NCBI GenBank assembly: GCA_021775615.1
Contig: JAJFHL010000283.1
Span: 11,518 to 75,517, forward strand
Origin: Hyphomicrobiales bacterium
GTDB lineage: Bacteria; Pseudomonadota; Alphaproteobacteria; Rhizobiales; JAJFHB01
Length of the DNA: 64,000 nt
Direction of reading: 5' to 3'
Part shown: in pieces, positions 36,380 to 46,283 of the stretch
Position numbering within the stretch: the first letter of the stretch is position 1
Layout: the number at the start of each line of letters is the position of its first letter
Notes under the pieces: model-generated
Seen by the model: only the letters and a program-made list of their open reading frames with translations
Told to the model about the DNA's origin: nothing
Databases searched by the model: none
Position numbers and translations under genes: made by a program

Positions 36380-37755
36380 TCCGCCGCGGCGGCTTCGGGC
36401 GGTGTCCATTTTTCGCGCATGGTGACGAGTTCTTCAGCCGCCGTGGGATGAACCGCGACTGTGGCGTCGAACTGCGCCTTGGTGGCGCCCATCCGGACCG
36501 CGATGCCAAGCACCTGAGCCATCTCGCCGGCATCGGGCCCCATGATATGGCAGCCCAGGACCTTGTCGCTGGAAGGCTCGACGATCAACTTCATGATCAT
36601 CTTTTCGTCGCGGCCGGACAGCGTGTGCTTCATCGTGCGGAAGCTCGACTTGTAGATATCGACATCTCCGAATTCGGCCCTGGCCTCCGCCTCGGTCAAC
36701 CCGACCGTGCCCAGTTCCGGCTGGCTGAAGACCGCGGTCGCAATGCACCTGTGGTCGACCGCCATCGCATTGTCGTTGAACACGGTTTCGGCAAAGGCGG
36801 CGCCTTCGCGGATGGCGATCGGCGTCAGGGCGACCCGGTCCGTCACGTCTCCGACCGCATAGATATTGTCGACGCTTGACTTGGAATGGGCATCGACGAC
36901 CACCGCGCCATTGCGGTCCAGTTCGACGCCGGCACTCATCAGCCCGAGGCCGGCGGTGTTGGGATTGCGACCGGTGGCGTACATGACGAGGCCGGTTTCG
37001 TGGGTTGTTCCGTCTTCGAGATGAACGCGGTACGTCCCGCCCGACTTCTCGATGGATGTGACCGACGTGTGGACCCGCAGATCGAGACCCTTTTTCCTAA
37101 GTTCGTCGGCAAGTCCGTAGCGCAGGTCGTCGTCGAAGCCGCGCAGGATCTGTTCGCCGCGATAAAACAGGCTGGTTTCAACACCCAGACCATGGAAGAT
37201 CCCGGCGAACTCGACCGCGATGTAGCCGCCGCCGACGACGGTCACGTGTTCAGGCAGCTTTTCCAGATGAAACGCCTCATTCGAAGTGATCGCGAATTCG
37301 GCGCCGGGGAGCTCCGGCACGAAGGGCGCCGCTCCGGTCGCGATCAGAATGTAGCGGGCGGAGACGGTACGGCCGGACGTCACAAGCCGAACCGTGTTGG
37401 CGTCTTCAAGGACCGCGCGCTCCTGGAAGATCTCGACGCCGGAGTTCTCCAGATTGCGGATATAGATGCCGTTCAGGCGGTCGATCTCGGCGTCCTTGTT
37501 GGCGAGCAGCGTCTGCCAGTCGAAGGTCGGCTTGGGAACGGTCCAGCCGAAGCCCGCCGCATCTTCGAAGGTCTCGGAAAAGTGGCTGGCATAGACGAAG
37601 AGCTTCTTCGGCACGCAGCCGCGAATGACGCAGGTTCCGCCGACGCGATACTCCTCGGCCACCGCCACCTTGGCGCCGTGCTGCGAGGCCATGCGCGCGG
37701 CCCGAACGCCGCCCGAGCCCGCGCCGATAACAAACAGGTCGTAGTCGAAAGCCAT
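36376..37755 (-). CDS. gor: Glutathione-disulfide reductase
   Basis: FAD motif IGAGSGG, redox-active GGTCVIRGCVPKK, and a C-terminal HPT..EE dimerisation/His-Glu region. Confidence 0.9.
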   Translation of the reverse strand: MAFDYDLFVIGAGSGGVRAARMASQHGAKVAVAEEYRVGGTCVIRGCVPKKLFVYASHFSETFEDAAGFGWTVPKPTFDWQTLLANKDAEIDRLNGIYIRNLENSGVEIFQERAVLEDANTVRLVTSGRTVSARYILIATGAAPFVPELPGAEFAITSNEAFHLEKLPEHVTVVGGGYIAVEFAGIFHGLGVETSLFYRGEQILRGFDDDLRYGLADELRKKGLDLRVHTSVTSIEKSGGTYRVHLEDGTTHETGLVMYATGRNPNTAGLGLMSAGVELDRNGAVVVDAHSKSSVDNIYAVGDVTDRVALTPIAIREGAAFAETVFNDNAMAVDHRCIATAVFSQPELGTVGLTEAEARAEFGDVDIYKSSFRTMKHTLSGRDEKMIMKLIVEPSSDKVLGCHIMGPDAGEMAQVLGIAVRMGATKAQFDATVAVHPTAAEELVTMREKWTPPEAAAAE

Positions 37756-37821
37756 TTTGTGGAATCCCTTCTCGCAGCCCGATCATCCCGGCAGATAGGC
37801 GCCGGAGGCCGCACTGGCAAA

Positions 37822-38364
37822 TCAATTCTTCTTGGTCTTGTAACCGCGCTTCTGCAGGCTCTTCATGGTCGCCGCCACAATCTGGGGCTTCAATGTGCCC
37901 CCCATGGAAACGGCATACTTCACCGTGTCCTGACTGACTATGCTCTGAACCTTCGTATAGCGGCGGCCTTCGGGTGAGGAAAAGAACGCGGCCGCGGCCC
38001 GCAATTCGCGGGCGGTCAGATGCTTTGCATAGATATGCGCGATGCCCTCGAGATAGAGGCCACGGTTCTGCGAAATGGTGACGCCCGCCTGTTCCATCAG
38101 CGCACGCACCACGATCCGGTCGTCCGCGCCTTCGGTTCGCTTGGCGATATCGACCGAGAAGTTCTGCACCACCTGGCGCAGCATGGTTTCGAATTCCGAC
38201 GTCTTGACCGTCGCTCCGATCAGGGCGCGCGCCGCCCTGAGGCTCGACGCATCGACGTCATTTGCCGTTCTGGCTGTCCCGCCCGCCAAGAATGCAAGCG
38301 CGGCAAGCAATACAGACGCAGCCCGAAGGCAATTGGTACGACCAGACATAGTGTTTGTTCCCAC
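37822..38364 (-). CDS. Periplasmic DUF2059-like protein
   Basis: Signal peptide plus LTARELRAAAAFFSSPEGRRY, typical of DUF2059. Confidence 0.6.
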   Translation of the reverse strand: MGTNTMSGRTNCLRAASVLLAALAFLAGGTARTANDVDASSLRAARALIGATVKTSEFETMLRQVVQNFSVDIAKRTEGADDRIVVRALMEQAGVTISQNRGLYLEGIAHIYAKHLTARELRAAAAFFSSPEGRRYTKVQSIVSQDTVKYAVSMGGTLKPQIVAATMKSLQKRGYKTKKN

Positions 38365-38481
38365 CTGTCACAGGTTATGCCACCGCCAGCGGCGGCCAGC
38401 CCAAGTGTTGGTTTTACGTACGCCACCCTACCACTGCGGTGTTGCAGGATGAACTCAATTAAGGGAAAGAGAATTCAGACC

Positions 38482-39000
38482 CTAGAACTCGTGACCGTCT
38501 TCCTTGAGCTTGGCGCGCAGCCGGTCGAAGGTCTTGAGGGCGATTTTCTCGCCCCAGGCGGTGCCGATCGCAGCCGCCTCAACCTGCAGGGCCGGCATGA
38601 CCGAAACCAGCTTGCGGCCGGTTTCGGTTCTGTAAAACGCCGTGATGTCGTTCATCTCCGGCACCGACAGCCGGCGCGCATAGAGCTTTGCCATCTCCTG
38701 CATGAACTCGACGCGCCCCTCGGTGAGGGCGGTTTTCAGAAACTCGTCGACAAGAGGTTCAAACTTGCCTTTCAATTCCGGTTTGATCTGAAGGACCAAC
38801 TGCACGATCTGATCGCCGAACAGCGGCAGGACCGTGTCGAAGATCTGGTCCATGTCGGCCGCTTCAACGAGTTCGACGGCGGCGGCCAGGGCGGCTTCGT
38901 CAACTTCCTCCTGAGCGGTGGCGAGCGGGCCCGAAGAGATCACAAACGCCAGCGCGACGACACCGGCCCGCCCTTTCAGGGCCTGCAGAGAGAACTTCAT
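38482..39000 (-). CDS. Periplasmic DUF2059-like protein (paralog of the neighbouring gene)
   Basis: Signal peptide plus LSVPEMNDITAFYRTETGRKL. Confidence 0.6.
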   Translation of the reverse strand: MKFSLQALKGRAGVVALAFVISSGPLATAQEEVDEAALAAAVELVEAADMDQIFDTVLPLFGDQIVQLVLQIKPELKGKFEPLVDEFLKTALTEGRVEFMQEMAKLYARRLSVPEMNDITAFYRTETGRKLVSVMPALQVEAAAIGTAWGEKIALKTFDRLRAKLKEDGHEF

Positions 39001-39018
39001 GATGACCTCCTTTGGGGC

Positions 39019-39720
39019 CTATGACTTTGCGGGCACCACGGTCTCGACACCTTCGTCCGTGCCGACCAGCGCCAGGGCCGCGATCGATATGAACAGTCCG
39101 TTTTCCACCACGCCGGGTATCCGGTTCAGTTCGTCCGCCAGTCCGGCGGCGTCTTCGATCCGGCCGAAGGCGCAGTCATAAATGAGATGCTGGCCGTCCG
39201 TGATGAAAGGTTCTTTATCTTTCATGCGCAATGTGACCTCACCTTGACAACCGAAGGCGCGGGCCACCTCGATGACCCGGCGATGCGTGGTTTCGGCGCC
39301 GAAGGGCACAACTTCCACAGGCAGTTTGAACTGCCCCAGGACATCGACCCGTTTTGAGGCGTCGGCGATCACAATCATGCGGTCAGATGCCGTGGCGACG
39401 ATCTTCTCGCGCAGCAGCGCCCCGCCGCCGCCCTTGATGAGATTGAGGTTGCCGTCCAGTTCATCGGCGCCATCGACCGTCAGGTCGAGATGCGGCGTTT
39501 CCTCAAGCGTCGTCAGGGGAATGTTCAAGGCGCGGGCCTGCGCGGCCGTTGCCTCCGAGGTCGGCACGCAGACGACCTTCAGGCCGTCCGCAACGCGCCT
39601 GCCGACCGCGTCGGTGAAATAGACCGCGGTCGAGCCCGTCCCCAGACCCAACCGCATGCCGTCTTCCACATAGCCGATCGCGCCGAGCGCCGCCCGGCTC
39701 TTTTGTTCTTCTGCCGACAT
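39019..39720 (-). CDS. rpiA: Ribose-5-phosphate isomerase A
   Basis: GLGTGSTA, VDGADE and KGGGGALLREK motifs. Confidence 0.9.
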   Translation of the reverse strand: MSAEEQKSRAALGAIGYVEDGMRLGLGTGSTAVYFTDAVGRRVADGLKVVCVPTSEATAAQARALNIPLTTLEETPHLDLTVDGADELDGNLNLIKGGGGALLREKIVATASDRMIVIADASKRVDVLGQFKLPVEVVPFGAETTHRRVIEVARAFGCQGEVTLRMKDKEPFITDGQHLIYDCAFGRIEDAAGLADELNRIPGVVENGLFISIAALALVGTDEGVETVVPAKS

Positions 39721-39724
39721 ATGC

Positions 39725-41173
39725 CTAGCTGCTCAGGCCACCCATGAGCATGTATTTCGGCTCGACGAACTCTTCGATGCCGAGATGCGAGCCTTCGCGG
39801 CCAAGGCCCGATTCCTTGACCCCGCCGAAGGGCGCGATCTCGGTGGAAATGATGCCTTCGTTGATGCCGACGATGCCGTATTCGAGGGCCTCCGCAACCC
39901 GCCAGACACGGCCGATATCACGGCTGTAGAAATAGGACGCCAGGCCATATTGCGTGTCATTGGCCATAGCGATCGCTTCTTCTTCCGTCTTGAAACGGAA
40001 CAGCGGCGCAACCGGCCCGAAGGTTTCCTCATGGGTGATAAGCATCTTGGTGGTGACATTGGCGAGCACCGTGGGCTCATAGTAGTTGCCACCGAGCGCA
40101 TGGCGCTGTCCACCGACCACGAGCTTTGCGCCCTGCGACATGGCGTCGGCAACATGCTCTTCGACCTTTTCGACCGCGGCAATGTTGATCAGCGGCCCCT
40201 GGGTGACACCCACCTCGGTGCCCTGCCCGACCTTCAGCTTGAGCACTTCGCTCGCCAGCTTCTCGGCAAAGGCGTCGTAGACGCTGTCCTGCACCAGGAT
40301 GCGGTTGGCGCAGACGCAGGTCTGGCCGGCATTGCGGTACTTCGAGGCCATGGCGCCCTGCACCGCGGCATCGAGATCGGCATCGTCGAACACAATGAAC
40401 GGCGCATTGCCGCCAAGTTCCAGATGAACCTTCTTCACGGTCGTGGCGCATTGCGCCATCAGCACCTTGCCGATCTCGGTGGAGCCGGTGAAGGTCATGA
40501 CTCGCACGATGGGGTTGGAGGTGATTTCGCCGCCGATGTCCTTGGCGGAACCGGAGATCACATTGATGACGCCGGCCGGCACGCCGGCGCGCTCTGCCAG
40601 CACGGCAAGGGCGAAGGCGGACAGCGGCGTTTCGCTCGCCGGCTTGGCCACCGCGGTGCAGCCAGCGGCCAGCGCCGGCCCAAGTTTGCGGGTGATCATG
40701 GCGAGCGGAAAGTTCCAGGGCGTGATCGCCGCCACGACGCCGACCGGCTGGCGGCCGACGAGAATGCGGGCATCTGCCTTGTGGGTCGGGATCATCTCGC
40801 CATAGATCCGCTTGGCCTCTTCGGCAAAGAACTCGATGAACGAGGCCGCGTAGGCGACCTCGCCGCGGGATTCGGCGAGCGGCTTGCCCTGCTCCGCAGT
40901 CATGATCTGGGCGAGATCTTCCTGGTTCTCCATCTGCAGGTCGAACCAGCGGCGCAGGATGGCGGAGCGTTCCTTTGCGGTCTTCGCTGACCAAGCCTTC
41001 AGCGCGGCACCAGCCGCCTCGATTGCCTGGCGGGTCTCGTCGGCACCGAACCGCGGCACCGAAGTGATCAGTTCGCCGGACGCCGGGTTGGTCACATCGA
41101 GACCGCCGTCGCCGACCCATTCGCCATTGATGTAGCACTGGCTGCGCAGCAGGGATTTGTCCTTGAGTTCCAT
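39725..41173 (-). CDS. gabD: NAD(P)+-dependent succinate-semialdehyde dehydrogenase (aldehyde dehydrogenase family)
   Basis: 482 aa ALDH with ELGGNAP and GQTCVCANR catalytic motifs. The N-terminal CYINGEW is typical of GabD. Confidence 0.8.
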   Translation of the reverse strand: MELKDKSLLRSQCYINGEWVGDGGLDVTNPASGELITSVPRFGADETRQAIEAAGAALKAWSAKTAKERSAILRRWFDLQMENQEDLAQIMTAEQGKPLAESRGEVAYAASFIEFFAEEAKRIYGEMIPTHKADARILVGRQPVGVVAAITPWNFPLAMITRKLGPALAAGCTAVAKPASETPLSAFALAVLAERAGVPAGVINVISGSAKDIGGEITSNPIVRVMTFTGSTEIGKVLMAQCATTVKKVHLELGGNAPFIVFDDADLDAAVQGAMASKYRNAGQTCVCANRILVQDSVYDAFAEKLASEVLKLKVGQGTEVGVTQGPLINIAAVEKVEEHVADAMSQGAKLVVGGQRHALGGNYYEPTVLANVTTKMLITHEETFGPVAPLFRFKTEEEAIAMANDTQYGLASYFYSRDIGRVWRVAEALEYGIVGINEGIISTEIAPFGGVKESGLGREGSHLGIEEFVEPKYMLMGGLSS

Positions 41174-41412
41174 CGCTTCCGCCTCTCTTTCCTGGGCTGT
41201 CCGGCGGATCGTGTGGTGTCGCCGGTGCGTGAGTGTGCAAAAATTCGGCCTTTCATTATCACGCGGGCCGCCGCGCGGAAAGCAGACGTTGCGGTTTCAG
41301 ATCCTGTGATGCGAGATTGAGTCAGATTTCTCATCTAACCAATTGAAACAGAATCGGTTTTCGGACTAGGTCTCCTTGCGTTGAAGGGCGCACCCATGAG
41401 AATGGAGACCTG

Positions 41413-42096
41413 ATGAGCGAGAAACTGACCGTCGTATTCGATCTGGACGGGACACTGGTGGACACCGCACCGGACCTGGCACAGGCCATGAACGCCGTGC
41501 TGCAGGTGCATGGGCGCGGCCATGTGCCCCTGGAAACCGTGCGCCAGATGGTTGGACAGGGCGCACGCGCCCTGATGGCCAAGGGCATGGCGGCGACGGG
41601 CGCGCCGGCGGACGATGCGCTGCTCGACCGGCTGTTCGACGAGTTCCTTGCCTATTACATCGATCATATCGCCGATTTCAGCGTGCCCTTCCCCGGCATG
41701 GTGGCGCAGCTGGAGCTTTGCCGCGATGCCGGCTTTGCCGTCGGTATCTGCACCAACAAGCCCGAAGCGGCTTCGCACCGGCTGCTGGACGAACTGGCCC
41801 TGGCGCATCACTTCGACGCGGTGGTCGGCGGCGACAGTCTCAGCGTCAGAAAGCCCGATCCCGAACACATCCATGAAACGGTGCGGCGCGCCGGCGGGCG
41901 CACCGGACACGCCATCATGGTCGGCGACAGCGGCAACGACATCGATGCCGCCCGCAATGCGTCGGTGCCGGTGATCGCGGTGAGCTTCGGCTACACCCAG
42001 ATCCCGGTGCGCGAGCTGCGCCCGGACGTCACCATCGACCATTTCGATGAGTTCTGGGGTGCGCTCGAACAAGTTCGCATAACTCTTGCCCCTTAA
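41413..42096 (+). CDS. gph: HAD-IA phosphatase, phosphoglycolate phosphatase-like
   Basis: VVFDLDGTLVDT, ICTNK and VGDSGNDIDAARNA motifs. Confidence 0.8.
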   Translation: MSEKLTVVFDLDGTLVDTAPDLAQAMNAVLQVHGRGHVPLETVRQMVGQGARALMAKGMAATGAPADDALLDRLFDEFLAYYIDHIADFSVPFPGMVAQLELCRDAGFAVGICTNKPEAASHRLLDELALAHHFDAVVGGDSLSVRKPDPEHIHETVRRAGGRTGHAIMVGDSGNDIDAARNASVPVIAVSFGYTQIPVRELRPDVTIDHFDEFWGALEQVRITLAP

Positions 42097-42178
42097 ACCC
42101 CTGCAACGGCGGCATCCGCCCGCTTGACGGCACTCACCAAACCGTACTATCGCTGTGCCGCCGCAAGATCGGTCTTTA

Positions 42179-42253
42179 GGGCGTGTAGCTCAGCGGGAGA
42201 GCGTTCCGTTCACACCGGAGAGGTCGCTGGTTCAATCCCAGCCACGCCCACCA
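42179..42253 (+). tRNA. tRNA-Val (anticodon CAC), CCA encoded
   Basis: The cloverleaf was folded by hand. Acceptor GGGCGTG/CACGCCC. D arm GCTC/GAGC. Anticodon stem TTCCG/CGGAG with loop TTCACAC. T arm GCTGG-TTCAATC-CCAGC. Discriminator A plus CCA. Confidence 0.9.
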
Positions 42254-42470
42254 TTTTTTGTTTCACGCCGATTTCGCTTCGCTCAGCGGCTCCAACGGGG
42301 CACGCTGTCGCGCGGGCGTTCGCTTGGACGCCGTGGTTCCGGTTCGAGATTCCTCCTCTCACGTCCACCTTTTTCTGTTTCACGCGAGTTTCGCTTCGCT
42401 CAATCGCTCCAATGGCGCGCGCTTTCGCGCGGGCGTCCGCTTGGACGCCATGGCTCCCGCGACTGATTGC
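42243..42470 (+). repeat. Two tandem copies (period 117 bp) of a unit that starts with the tRNA-Val 3' acceptor strand
   Basis: Copy 1 starts with cacgcccacc at 42243 and copy 2 with cacgtccacc at 42360. The copies align without gaps for about 100 bp (gtttcacgc..tttcgcttcgctca..cgcgcgggcgt.cgcttggacgcc.tgg). A degenerate T-arm-like ggttcgagattcc precedes copy 2. Confidence 0.7.
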
Positions 42471-42579
42471 GGCCGTGACCGACTTGCCAATGTCATGGAA
42501 TCTCGAATAGTGATCATAGCGACGCCGCCGGAGCGGACACTTCCGCATTCGCGAACGGCCGGGAACCCAGGGCTTTGTC

Positions 42580-44628
42580 ATGAAATCACTTTGGTCGGAC
42601 ACCGACGCCCAAAACACGGTTGAGAGTTACGCGCCGCAGGGTGTGAACGCCGATCTGGCGCTCAGGGTGTATACCACCCGGCTGCTCGGCGGCGATCCCG
42701 CGCTGGTTCTGCATGGCGGCGGCAACACTTCGGTGAAGACCGCCGTGACCGACCTGAGCGGAGCGGACACGGACGTGCTCTGTGTGAAGGGGTCGGGCTG
42801 GGACATGGCGACCATCGAGCCGCCCGGCCTGCCCGCCGTCCGCCTCGAAGGACTGCGGGTGCTTGAGGACCGCGATGCCTTGAGCGATGAAGACATGGTG
42901 GCGCTGCAGCGCCAGAACCTGATCGACCCCAAGGCGCCCAACCCGTCGATCGAGACCCTCCTGCATGCCTTTCTGCCGCACAGGTTCGTCGACCACACCC
43001 ATGCCAATGCCATCGTCACGCTTACCGACCAGCCGGACGGCGAGGATATCTGCCGTGATCTCTTCGGTGAGCGCGCCGTGGTGGTGCCGTGGGTCATTCC
43101 CGGATTCGAGCTGGCGAAGTTCTGTTCCGATGCCTGGCGCGCGCATTCCGGCATCGAAGGACTGATCTTGAGCATGCACGGCATCTTCACCTTCGGCGAG
43201 ACCGCGCGGGACGCCTACGAGCTGATGATCGACATGGTCTCCATGGCCGAGGCGAGGCTGGACGATGGCGCGAGGCCGTTCCTTCAGGTCAAACTCCCGG
43301 CCGATGTGGCAAGCGTTGCTCAGGTCGCACCGATCATCCGCGGCGCCATTGCAGTGCCCGCGAATGACGCCAGGGACACCCAACGCTTCATCCTGCATCA
43401 CCGCACCGGCGATACCATCCGCCACTATGTGGACGGCGCCGACCTTGGCGATTACGGCACACGCGGGCCGATCACGCCGGACCATGTGCTGCGCACCAAG
43501 CGGCTGCATCTCGTCGTTCCACCGCCCGGCATCGGCGATCTGGATGGCTTTGCGGAAAACCTGCGTGGCGCGGTGGATACCTATGTTGCCGACTACCGCG
43601 CCTGGTTCGAGGCCAACAATGCGCGGGTCGGCGGAGACAAGACCATGCTTGATCCCATGCCGCGGGTTGTTCTAGTGCCGGGGGTCGGCCTGTTCGCCGC
43701 CGGCAAAAGCGCCGGTGACGCGGCAGCTGCCGCTGATCTCGCCGAAGCTACCGCTGAAGTGGTGACCGTGGCGGAAGCCTATGGCCGGTTCACGCCGCTT
43801 GACGGCGAGGCGCTGTTCGACATCGAGTACTGGTCTCTGGAACAGGCAAAGCTCAACAAAACCAGCGAGAAGCCGCTGCAGCGGCGGATCGTGGCGGTGA
43901 CCGGCGGCGCCGGCGGCATAGGGCTCGAAACCGCCCGCGCCTTCAAGGCGGAGGGCGCCGAGGTTGCCCTGATCGACCTTCCGGGCGAAGCGCTTGAACA
44001 GGCCGCATCGGATACCGGCGCGTTTGCGGCCGCCGGCGATGTGACGGAGACAGGTTCGCTCGAGGCCGCATTCAATGCCATTGCGGAAACCTTTGGCGGG
44101 CTCGATATCCTCGTGTCCAATGCCGGGGCCGCCTGGCAGGGCGACATCGGCGATGTCGACGAAGAGGTGATGCGAACTTCCTTCGAGCTCAATTTCTGGG
44201 GCCATCAGCGGGCCGCGCAGGCAGCAGTGCGGATCATGCAGGCGCAAGGCACCGGCGGCGCCTTGATCTTCAACGTCACCAAACAGGCGGTGAACCCGGG
44301 CCCGGGTCTCGGCCCTTATGGCATCCCCAAGGCGGCGACCATGGCACTGATGCGACAGTATGCGCTCGAATACGGGGCGCACGGCATCACATCGAACGCG
44401 GTCAATGCGGACCGGATCCGCTCAGGGCTGCTCACCGGGGATATGATCGCGAGCCGCAGCCAGGCGCGCGGACTTTCAGAGCAGGACTATATGGGCGGAA
44501 ACCTGCTGCACCGCGAAGTCGAGGCACGTGATGTCGCCCGCGCATTCGTGCATCTTGCCCTGTCGCGCGCCACGACCGGCGCTGTGCTGACGGTGGACGG
44601 CGGCAATGTGGCCGCGATGATGCGCTGA
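42580..44628 (+). CDS. Bifunctional class II aldolase / short-chain dehydrogenase (rhamnulose-1-phosphate aldolase/alcohol dehydrogenase-like)
   Basis: 682 aa. The N-terminal aldolase-II/adducin domain has VLHGGGNTSVK. The C-terminal SDR has VTGGAGGIG and a YGIPKAA catalytic region. Confidence 0.85.
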   Translation: MKSLWSDTDAQNTVESYAPQGVNADLALRVYTTRLLGGDPALVLHGGGNTSVKTAVTDLSGADTDVLCVKGSGWDMATIEPPGLPAVRLEGLRVLEDRDALSDEDMVALQRQNLIDPKAPNPSIETLLHAFLPHRFVDHTHANAIVTLTDQPDGEDICRDLFGERAVVVPWVIPGFELAKFCSDAWRAHSGIEGLILSMHGIFTFGETARDAYELMIDMVSMAEARLDDGARPFLQVKLPADVASVAQVAPIIRGAIAVPANDARDTQRFILHHRTGDTIRHYVDGADLGDYGTRGPITPDHVLRTKRLHLVVPPPGIGDLDGFAENLRGAVDTYVADYRAWFEANNARVGGDKTMLDPMPRVVLVPGVGLFAAGKSAGDAAAAADLAEATAEVVTVAEAYGRFTPLDGEALFDIEYWSLEQAKLNKTSEKPLQRRIVAVTGGAGGIGLETARAFKAEGAEVALIDLPGEALEQAASDTGAFAAAGDVTETGSLEAAFNAIAETFGGLDILVSNAGAAWQGDIGDVDEEVMRTSFELNFWGHQRAAQAAVRIMQAQGTGGALIFNVTKQAVNPGPGLGPYGIPKAATMALMRQYALEYGAHGITSNAVNADRIRSGLLTGDMIASRSQARGLSEQDYMGGNLLHREVEARDVARAFVHLALSRATTGAVLTVDGGNVAAMMR

Positions 44629-44707
44629 GCCAACTTAACTCCAGCAAACAGCTTCTATTGGCAGCCATTATTGGGTAAGGGTTGCCGCTCTGTTTGTATG
44701 GCAAGCG

Positions 44708-46084
44708 TTGGTACCTTTGATGGCGGGAATTCTCGCGCGAGTGTTTCAGAACCCCGGGAAGCATATCGACACGCGGATTGAAGCCGCTTTCGGGGCGAGG
44801 GCGATGCATGCCTGCGCGGTGCAGTCCAAACAACTGCCCGGCTATCGTTTCGTCGACGCCTACAACGCCATCACCGCCTTCTGTGACGAACATGGAAACA
44901 CCGACCGGGTCGAAACGGAACACCAGGAAGACCTCAACTCGATCCTGCACAGCGGCCGCAACCAGTGGGACAACCGCAGCATAAAGCGGTCTTCGAATAC
45001 CGCGTGGCCGGTTGGCGCCGACGAGGAGATCTATCTCCCTGTCGACTGCTTCTGGATTGTCAAGGGCACCACGCCGGAGGAACGGCTGATCCTTCGGCTG
45101 CGGTTCGTCACTTATGTCCAACAGACTGAGCTGACCGTTGCCTGCGTCGACCAGGGCGCCGGTGAGCGTTGCCTGCAGTGGCTTGTCGCATGGGGCGAGG
45201 AGCACTCGATCTACCGCAACCGCATCCTGCAACTCAGTTTCGAAGCAGGCACCAAGGATGAATATGGCGACGTTGAAAGCCCGGAGCGCCTGCGCGTCAT
45301 GTTCCGGGCCGACGAGACGGTCGGCGACGACGACATCGTGATGGACGAAGACGTGCTCAAGATCCTGTGGCGCAATGTCATCGATCTGCACGAGCGGCGC
45401 GATCTTCTGAAAGAGCACAAGGTGCCGGTGCGCCGCGGCGTGCTGCTTTATGGTCCGCCCGGCACCGGCAAGACCTATGCGTGCCGCTACCTCTGCGGCA
45501 AGCTGCCGGAAACCACCCGCATCATGGTCACCGGAACCGCCCTCACGCAGGTCGGCGCCCTGTTCAGCCTGGCCCGCCTGCTGCAGCCTTCGCTGCTCAT
45601 CCTGGAAGACGTCGACCTGATCTTCGCCTCACGCGAGATCAATCTCTATTCCACGGCGCTCGGCGACCTGCTCGACCAGATGGATGGCCTGCGCCCGTTT
45701 GAAGATGTCGGCGTGCTGTTGACAACGAACGCCATCGACCGTCTGGAGGCCGCGATCAAGGACCGGCCGGGCCGTGTCAGCCAATGTGTTTACATGGGAC
45801 CGCCAAACAAAAAACTCCGGCGACGCTATCTCACACGCTATCTGCGCGACTACGACACCTCGGCGCTCACCTTCGATACACTGGTCGATGAAGCGGATGG
45901 CGCCAGCCAGGCGTTTCTCAAGGAATGGGTGCACCGCTCCGTACAGATCGCCAGCGAGCGGATCGACGGGGCCGGTCAGGAACTTCATTTGCAGGACAAC
46001 GATTTTACTGTCGCCATGCAGGAAATGCGGAGCTTCGTAGAAGGTTCCGCAGGCCAGATCATCGGCTTTTTTCCGGCAAATTAA
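44708..46084 (+). CDS. Classical AAA+ ATPase with an uncharacterised N-terminal domain of about 230 aa
   Basis: Walker A LLYGPPGTGKT, Walker B LLILEDVD, sensor-1 LLTTN and an Arg-finger region DRPGRV. I recognise nothing in the N-terminal half. The start is uncertain. Confidence 0.8.
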   Translation: MVPLMAGILARVFQNPGKHIDTRIEAAFGARAMHACAVQSKQLPGYRFVDAYNAITAFCDEHGNTDRVETEHQEDLNSILHSGRNQWDNRSIKRSSNTAWPVGADEEIYLPVDCFWIVKGTTPEERLILRLRFVTYVQQTELTVACVDQGAGERCLQWLVAWGEEHSIYRNRILQLSFEAGTKDEYGDVESPERLRVMFRADETVGDDDIVMDEDVLKILWRNVIDLHERRDLLKEHKVPVRRGVLLYGPPGTGKTYACRYLCGKLPETTRIMVTGTALTQVGALFSLARLLQPSLLILEDVDLIFASREINLYSTALGDLLDQMDGLRPFEDVGVLLTTNAIDRLEAAIKDRPGRVSQCVYMGPPNKKLRRRYLTRYLRDYDTSALTFDTLVDEADGASQAFLKEWVHRSVQIASERIDGAGQELHLQDNDFTVAMQEMRSFVEGSAGQIIGFFPAN

Positions 46085-46283
46085 CTGCCGCAAAGTGTAC
46101 CTGACAGTCTTCCTTTAACGGCTGGTTCATTCTAGAGCGCTAATCTTATAAAATATACGTGATTGCTGTTAGGCATACTGTTTTCAGGCAATTGCACCGT
46201 AAAATTGGGGGCGGATAAATTCGCCGGAGATGTATTGGCACCCTTCGGGGGGCAGACGAAAGCTGGATCACTTGAGCGGAACC

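Noticed and set aside
42124-42623. ORFs of 103-135 aa covering the tRNA-Val gene and the 117-bp repeats.
   Set aside because: They run through a tRNA gene and a non-coding tandem repeat. The repeated peptide (FASL..SNGAR.RAGVRLDA) is simply the repeat translated.
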